A DNA stretch of 64,000 nucleotides from Botryllus schlosseri (taxonomy: Eukaryota). Positions 59,477 through 64,000 of this stretch are shown one piece after another. Positions within the stretch are counted from its first letter, which is position 1, and each line of letters begins with the position of its first letter. Location of the stretch: NCBI GenBank assembly GCA_051294905.1, contig CM119372.1:10418001-10482000 (forward strand), read 5' to 3'. The notes under the pieces are model-generated. The model was not told the origin of the DNA. It ran no database searches and worked only from the letters and a program-made list of their open reading frames with translations. A program made the translations under genes and the position numbers.

Positions 59477-62390
59477 ATTTGCGGTAATTTCTCGTGATGC
59501 GATGCTCAAACACAAATGAGTTAACACCCAACGGTCGCCGTTCAGATTATATATAGTTCAGCGCTATCGCCTTGAAAAGCACTACGAAGAGATGGGTGAG
59601 TGGGTTGGGTGTACTGTATATTCGATGCCATAAAAAAATCACTGAGCAGCTGACCATGGAGATTATACGATGTCAACCATGAATTTTAAATCTTTTGATT
59701 CAGTATCAGTTTATTAATATTTTCATCATTTCAAAGCCCCGCAAAGCTGCGATACAATGAAAAGATAGGAAGGTGTCGAAACGACTTGAAGTAGTCTTTG
59801 AAATCAGACACCCACCTTGGCCTAAGCGAAGTAGAGAAGAGCATGCACATTGCACAATCGCACACTGAATGAAAAGTATAGCATAGGATGTAAAAGGCAA
59901 GCGACAAAATGATGTGGCGGAAGGCGAGATCGATGTTAGGTCGTGGTCCGGTAATCCTGAAGGCTGAATAGTATTCATTGAGAAGAAATTGCTGGTATTC
60001 CGAATGCGGACATTCTGGGCATCCCTAAAAGACGGAGAAGCGGAGGAAGCGGAGAGTGGACCCTAAAACGCGGAAACAACGGAGACGGCGGAGAGAGCCA
60101 AAAATGCCGATTCCTAAAAGACGGAGATAGCGGAGGAAGCGGAGAGCGGAGCTTTCGGTCATTGACCTTTATAGACACGCGCATACGCAACTCTAAAACG
60201 TGTAGACGGCGGAACATATAAACTTTCGAGCTAAATGACAATTAAAAGACAACATATGAAGCTGAGATCAGAATCTGTAAGCGAATAGTCAGCCATTCGA
60301 GTTCGAGGGATGACGAAGCGGACGGTTATAATATACTGAAAGCGGAGTTCGATGCGTAGCGAAATATATTTCGAAACAGCAGAGAATAACGGAGAAGTCA
60401 GCCATACGAGTTTCAGGCCAATTTGGCGACTGATTGCCCATCGATGAGATGACATAGCGGACGGTTATGATATAGGCTACTGACAGCGGAGTTCGGGGCG
60501 TAGCGTATCATTCATCATATGGTGTTATATTTCTTTTTGAGAAATTATAGGCATAAGATGTAGGCTACATGAAAGAGAGCAATCTCTGACCAGTACCTTT
60601 GGGAAGGAGCAACCCCCTATCAAAAGTAGGCATAAGATGTAGGCTTTCTAAAAGAAATTGCAAGTTTATATCGGATTAGAATTAGGATTTGAAGATTTGG
60701 ATTGCATTTGGACATAAAAATTTCAAATCCACTCATCTCTGCTCCATCCGCTCTCCAGAGCAGCTCTGCCAGGCCCTGCCAGCTGGCAACTGCCACCCGT
60801 GAACCGGCTAAGCCGCGTTGAGGATGATACTAATGACGTGCTCTTCAGCGGTGGTTAGTAACGAAGTACTTCAACTAGATTTTGCCTACTTACACTACTT
60901 TGAGGGGTTATGCTGAGATGCTCTAGTTTTCTAGGCAACCAAAACTAGGCCTAGAATACTTACGGTACTTTGGAATTATATAAATAATAAATAAAATTGG
61001 AATAAATTGGAATTGGAATTTACTATACCTGTACTTCTACTTGAGTATAAATTTACCACGTTACTTCTACTTGAGTATAGTTTATGACAACTTTAATCAC
61101 CTCTGTTACTATTATTTTTATTTCAATGGATTCGGATAGTTGTTGAGACTGATATTCATTTTTTCACTTACACTATATTCATCACTATTGCCTTTATCAT
61201 CTCTGAAGCTTTGAGTTGACCATAATCGCCAATCTGAAGTACGAGTAGAATTAATACTTATTTAATCAAGAGTTTGTGACCGTATCGTATATTGAAGATA
61301 TATATACCAGTCCGTAGACAGTAGTATTCTATCACCGCTTACCATAGAGAACAGTAATATTACCATCATCTATCGATGTACAGGGCAAGGTATAATGCTG
61401 TTAAGGGAGTATTCTGTAAAATATAAAATTCAACATAATTATTATAGATATCCACAGTAAAGAATTTTGAATGTCATTTGCTATGTAAAGCTTTTCCATT
61501 CCATTAACCCAGTGGTTCAGGTTCCTAATCGTATTTAGCTTGTTGCACACTAGATAATCATTAAAACTCTTGTGGCACACTTGGGCCGAGAAAAGATGCT
61601 TTAAAAAACATCGATGTTTTTTATTACATTAAGAACATATACAATAGAAAGGAGGTTGAATTGTTCACAAACTTACCTGCATTTTGTATTGCACATCCGT
61701 AGATGGTAAAAGGTTTTTTGGATATGGCGAACAAAACCACTTGCGTTGTAATCGCCGAACAAACATAATCACGAATAACAACCCGCGTTTCGTCATTAAT
61801 TCCAAGCAGTGTCCCTCGTTTACAGCTTTTAATTACACTCAATAAAAAAGCCATGTCCACCTAGCCATCAAAATGCATATTTTAATACCATACTGATTGT
61901 TTCTGCACGGATTATGGAATAGGATTTGATAGCCGACAGCTAAAAACCTCCGAATTTCTTTTGAAGAAATTGCTTTGAATTTTCGTAACTGCTCTTTTGT
62001 GGAAAGATTGCTTGATGGATTAGAATACCATAACTGCTTCCATTGTCACTTGTGCCTATTTATCAGTATACTAGTCTTAAGGCCTTTTTCAAAATATTTT
62101 ACAGCTCTTCTTCAAAAATGTTCGCGGCACAACTAAAAATCTGTGGCGGCACACAGTTTGGAAATCACTGTATTAACCTATGTAGATTTGGAATGAATAT
62201 TTATCAAAGCTCATTTTGACAATATGGGCCTAATCCAACTATAGCGATCTGCTGAATTGACATCACGTTTGGTTCGCAGTCTAGTACTTGCCTTAAGTTC
62301 TGCCTTTTCCAACAGATTTTGTAAATGGATGACATATTCGTTGTATAAGCTTACTATTATTACTACAATTAGGACTCCATTTTATAAGCG

Positions 62391-64000
62391 ATGAAATTCG
62401 GGGAGAATCTGCAAACCCATCTAACTCCGGAATGGAGAAGTCAATACATCGATTATGAGTTTCTGAAAACACTATTGTATGAATGTAAAGAACAGAGTCC
62501 GGACGCTGAACTCACCGAAGAATTGTCCATGCAAAGGTACTTTGCGAGATTTGAGGAAAAGTTTTTCGCGGTATGCGAAAAGGAGCTTACAAAAGTCAAC
62601 ACATTTTTTTCTGAAAAGCTTGCCGAGTCGACGAGAAGATTCACGTCCCTGCAAAGTGAGCTTCAAGCGCAGAAGGCGGCGAGACGAAGCATACGTTCTA
62701 GGAGAAAGAGTGAATTTCGCATCCCCAACAAGCAGAAAACGCAAGTCCGCACAGTGAAGGATTTGAAATTAGCATTCTCCGAGTTCTATTTGAGTTTGAT
62801 ATTATTGCAAAATTACCAAGATTTGAATTTCACTGGCTTCCGAAAAATCCTGAAAAAACACGATAAAAATCTCGCCACCGACAGAGGTCATAAATGGAGG
62901 ATGGAGAATGTGGAGACCGCTCCATTCTATACAGACTCCTACATTGGCCAGCTGATCTTGAAAACAGAAACGGATTACATCAATGATCTTGAAGGCGGGG
63001 ATCGTTCAAAAGCAATGAAACGATTAAGAGTACCTCCATTGACAGAGCATCAAAGGTACCCTCGGTGGACGGTTTATAGAGTGGGATTTTTCACTGGAAT
63101 GTATTTTGTTTCTTTTGTTGCGGCCATTCTTGGAATCGCATTACTCGAAGTACAACTCGATCCATGGCTAGTGGTCGACTTGTATAGACCTGGGCTTGTG
63201 TTGTACTTATTCCTCTTTTTTATTGGTATCAATACTTGGGGCTGGCGATCAGCTGGGGTGAATCACGTTTTGATATTTGGAATCGATCCGCGAAAGCATC
63301 TTTCCGCCTATCATTTATTTGAATTAGCTGCGATCTCGGCGGTCCTGTGGACAATCAGTGGTATATTATTGATTATTGGGAACTTGGCACCTTTTCCCGA
63401 ACCGGGCATGCCAGTCTATCTCAGCCCTGGAATTTTATACGGTATCTACATCGTGTTCCTGTTGAACCCGTTTCCAATTTTTTATCACAAAGCAAGATTT
63501 TGGTTGCTGAAAAGACTGTGGCGGCTTTTGGCTTGTGGGTTTTATCCTGTGGAATTTGCCGACTTTTGGCTTGCGGACCAGCTGACAAGTTTAGGTTCGT
63601 TATTTCTGGATTTGGAATTTATCATCTGTTATTATAGTATCGATGGAAATGTCTACAATGGCTGGAATCAGGCAGACCCAGATGCAAGAGTGTGTGGCTC
63701 CTACGCGTATGGACTCCGTGCTGTCCTGGCATGTTATCCGGCGTGGATACGGTTCGTGCAATGTATAAGGAGATTTTACGATTCCAGAAAATGGTTCCCA
63801 CATTTTGTCAATGCTGGAAAGTATTCGACAACGTTTTTCAAAGTTACTTTTAGCGCACTGTTCGCTCTTCACTATCAACACACCCGTCAATTACACAGCG
63901 TGTACTTTTACGTCTGGCTTGCCAGCCTGTTCATTAACAGCTGTTACACTCTAGCCTGGGATATAAAAATGGATTGGGGATTTCTTGATAAGAATGCTGG
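62391..64000 (+). CDS. XPR1: SPX-EXS phosphate exporter XPR1, 5' part; one open frame running off the window end
   Basis: MKFGENLQTHLTPEWRSQYIDY, LKLAFSEFYLSLILLQNYQDLNFTGFRKILKKHDK, AMKRLRVPPL, GVNHVLIF, VEFADFWLADQLTSL and WDIKMDWG. It is missing from the ORF track because there is no stop inside the window. Confidence 0.96.
   Translation, partial: MKFGENLQTHLTPEWRSQYIDYEFLKTLLYECKEQSPDAELTEELSMQRYFARFEEKFFAVCEKELTKVNTFFSEKLAESTRRFTSLQSELQAQKAARRSIRSRRKSEFRIPNKQKTQVRTVKDLKLAFSEFYLSLILLQNYQDLNFTGFRKILKKHDKNLATDRGHKWRMENVETAPFYTDSYIGQLILKTETDYINDLEGGDRSKAMKRLRVPPLTEHQRYPRWTVYRVGFFTGMYFVSFVAAILGIALLEVQLDPWLVVDLYRPGLVLYLFLFFIGINTWGWRSAGVNHVLIFGIDPRKHLSAYHLFELAAISAVLWTISGILLIIGNLAPFPEPGMPVYLSPGILYGIYIVFLLNPFPIFYHKARFWLLKRLWRLLACGFYPVEFADFWLADQLTSLGSLFLDLEFIICYYSIDGNVYNGWNQADPDARVCGSYAYGLRAVLACYPAWIRFVQCIRRFYDSRKWFPHFVNAGKYSTTFFKVTFSALFALHYQHTRQLHSVYFYVWLASLFINSCYTLAWDIKMDWGFLDKNA

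Noticed and set aside
62453..63890. Short ORFs listed in the track in this region
   Set aside because: They are alternative-frame or antisense shadows of the XPR1 CDS.

Overview
AT-rich, TE-dense animal genomic DNA with GT-AG introns as short as 54-68 nt. An invertebrate chordate such as an ascidian is a guess only. Host genes: the 5' part of a GT10 alpha-1,3-fucosyltransferase (minus, with a duplicated first exon), a complete 10-exon PTDSS2 (plus), a complete 4-exon TAF10 (minus) and an XPR1 whose CDS has no intron up to the window end. The main feature is a 13,970-bp, almost fully palindromic insertion (26855-40824). It has AGTAGT...ACTACT ends and a perfect 6-bp target-site duplication (GCTAAC), the signature of Polinton/Maverick elements. 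Its two ~6.4-kb inverted arms each carry an intronless 3xBIR, RING-less IAP gene, and I find no polymerase, integrase or capsid gene. It sits inside an older hAT element whose own ends and 8-bp TSD (CACTGATA) bracket it, which argues for a real insertion rather than an assembly fold-back. The rest of the window is nested hAT-type MITEs, Chapaev3-like elements, tRNA-derived SINEs, L2/CR1-group LINE fragments and an R4/Dong-type LINE inserted in a SINE's (TAA)n tail. All alignments and family calls were made by eye.
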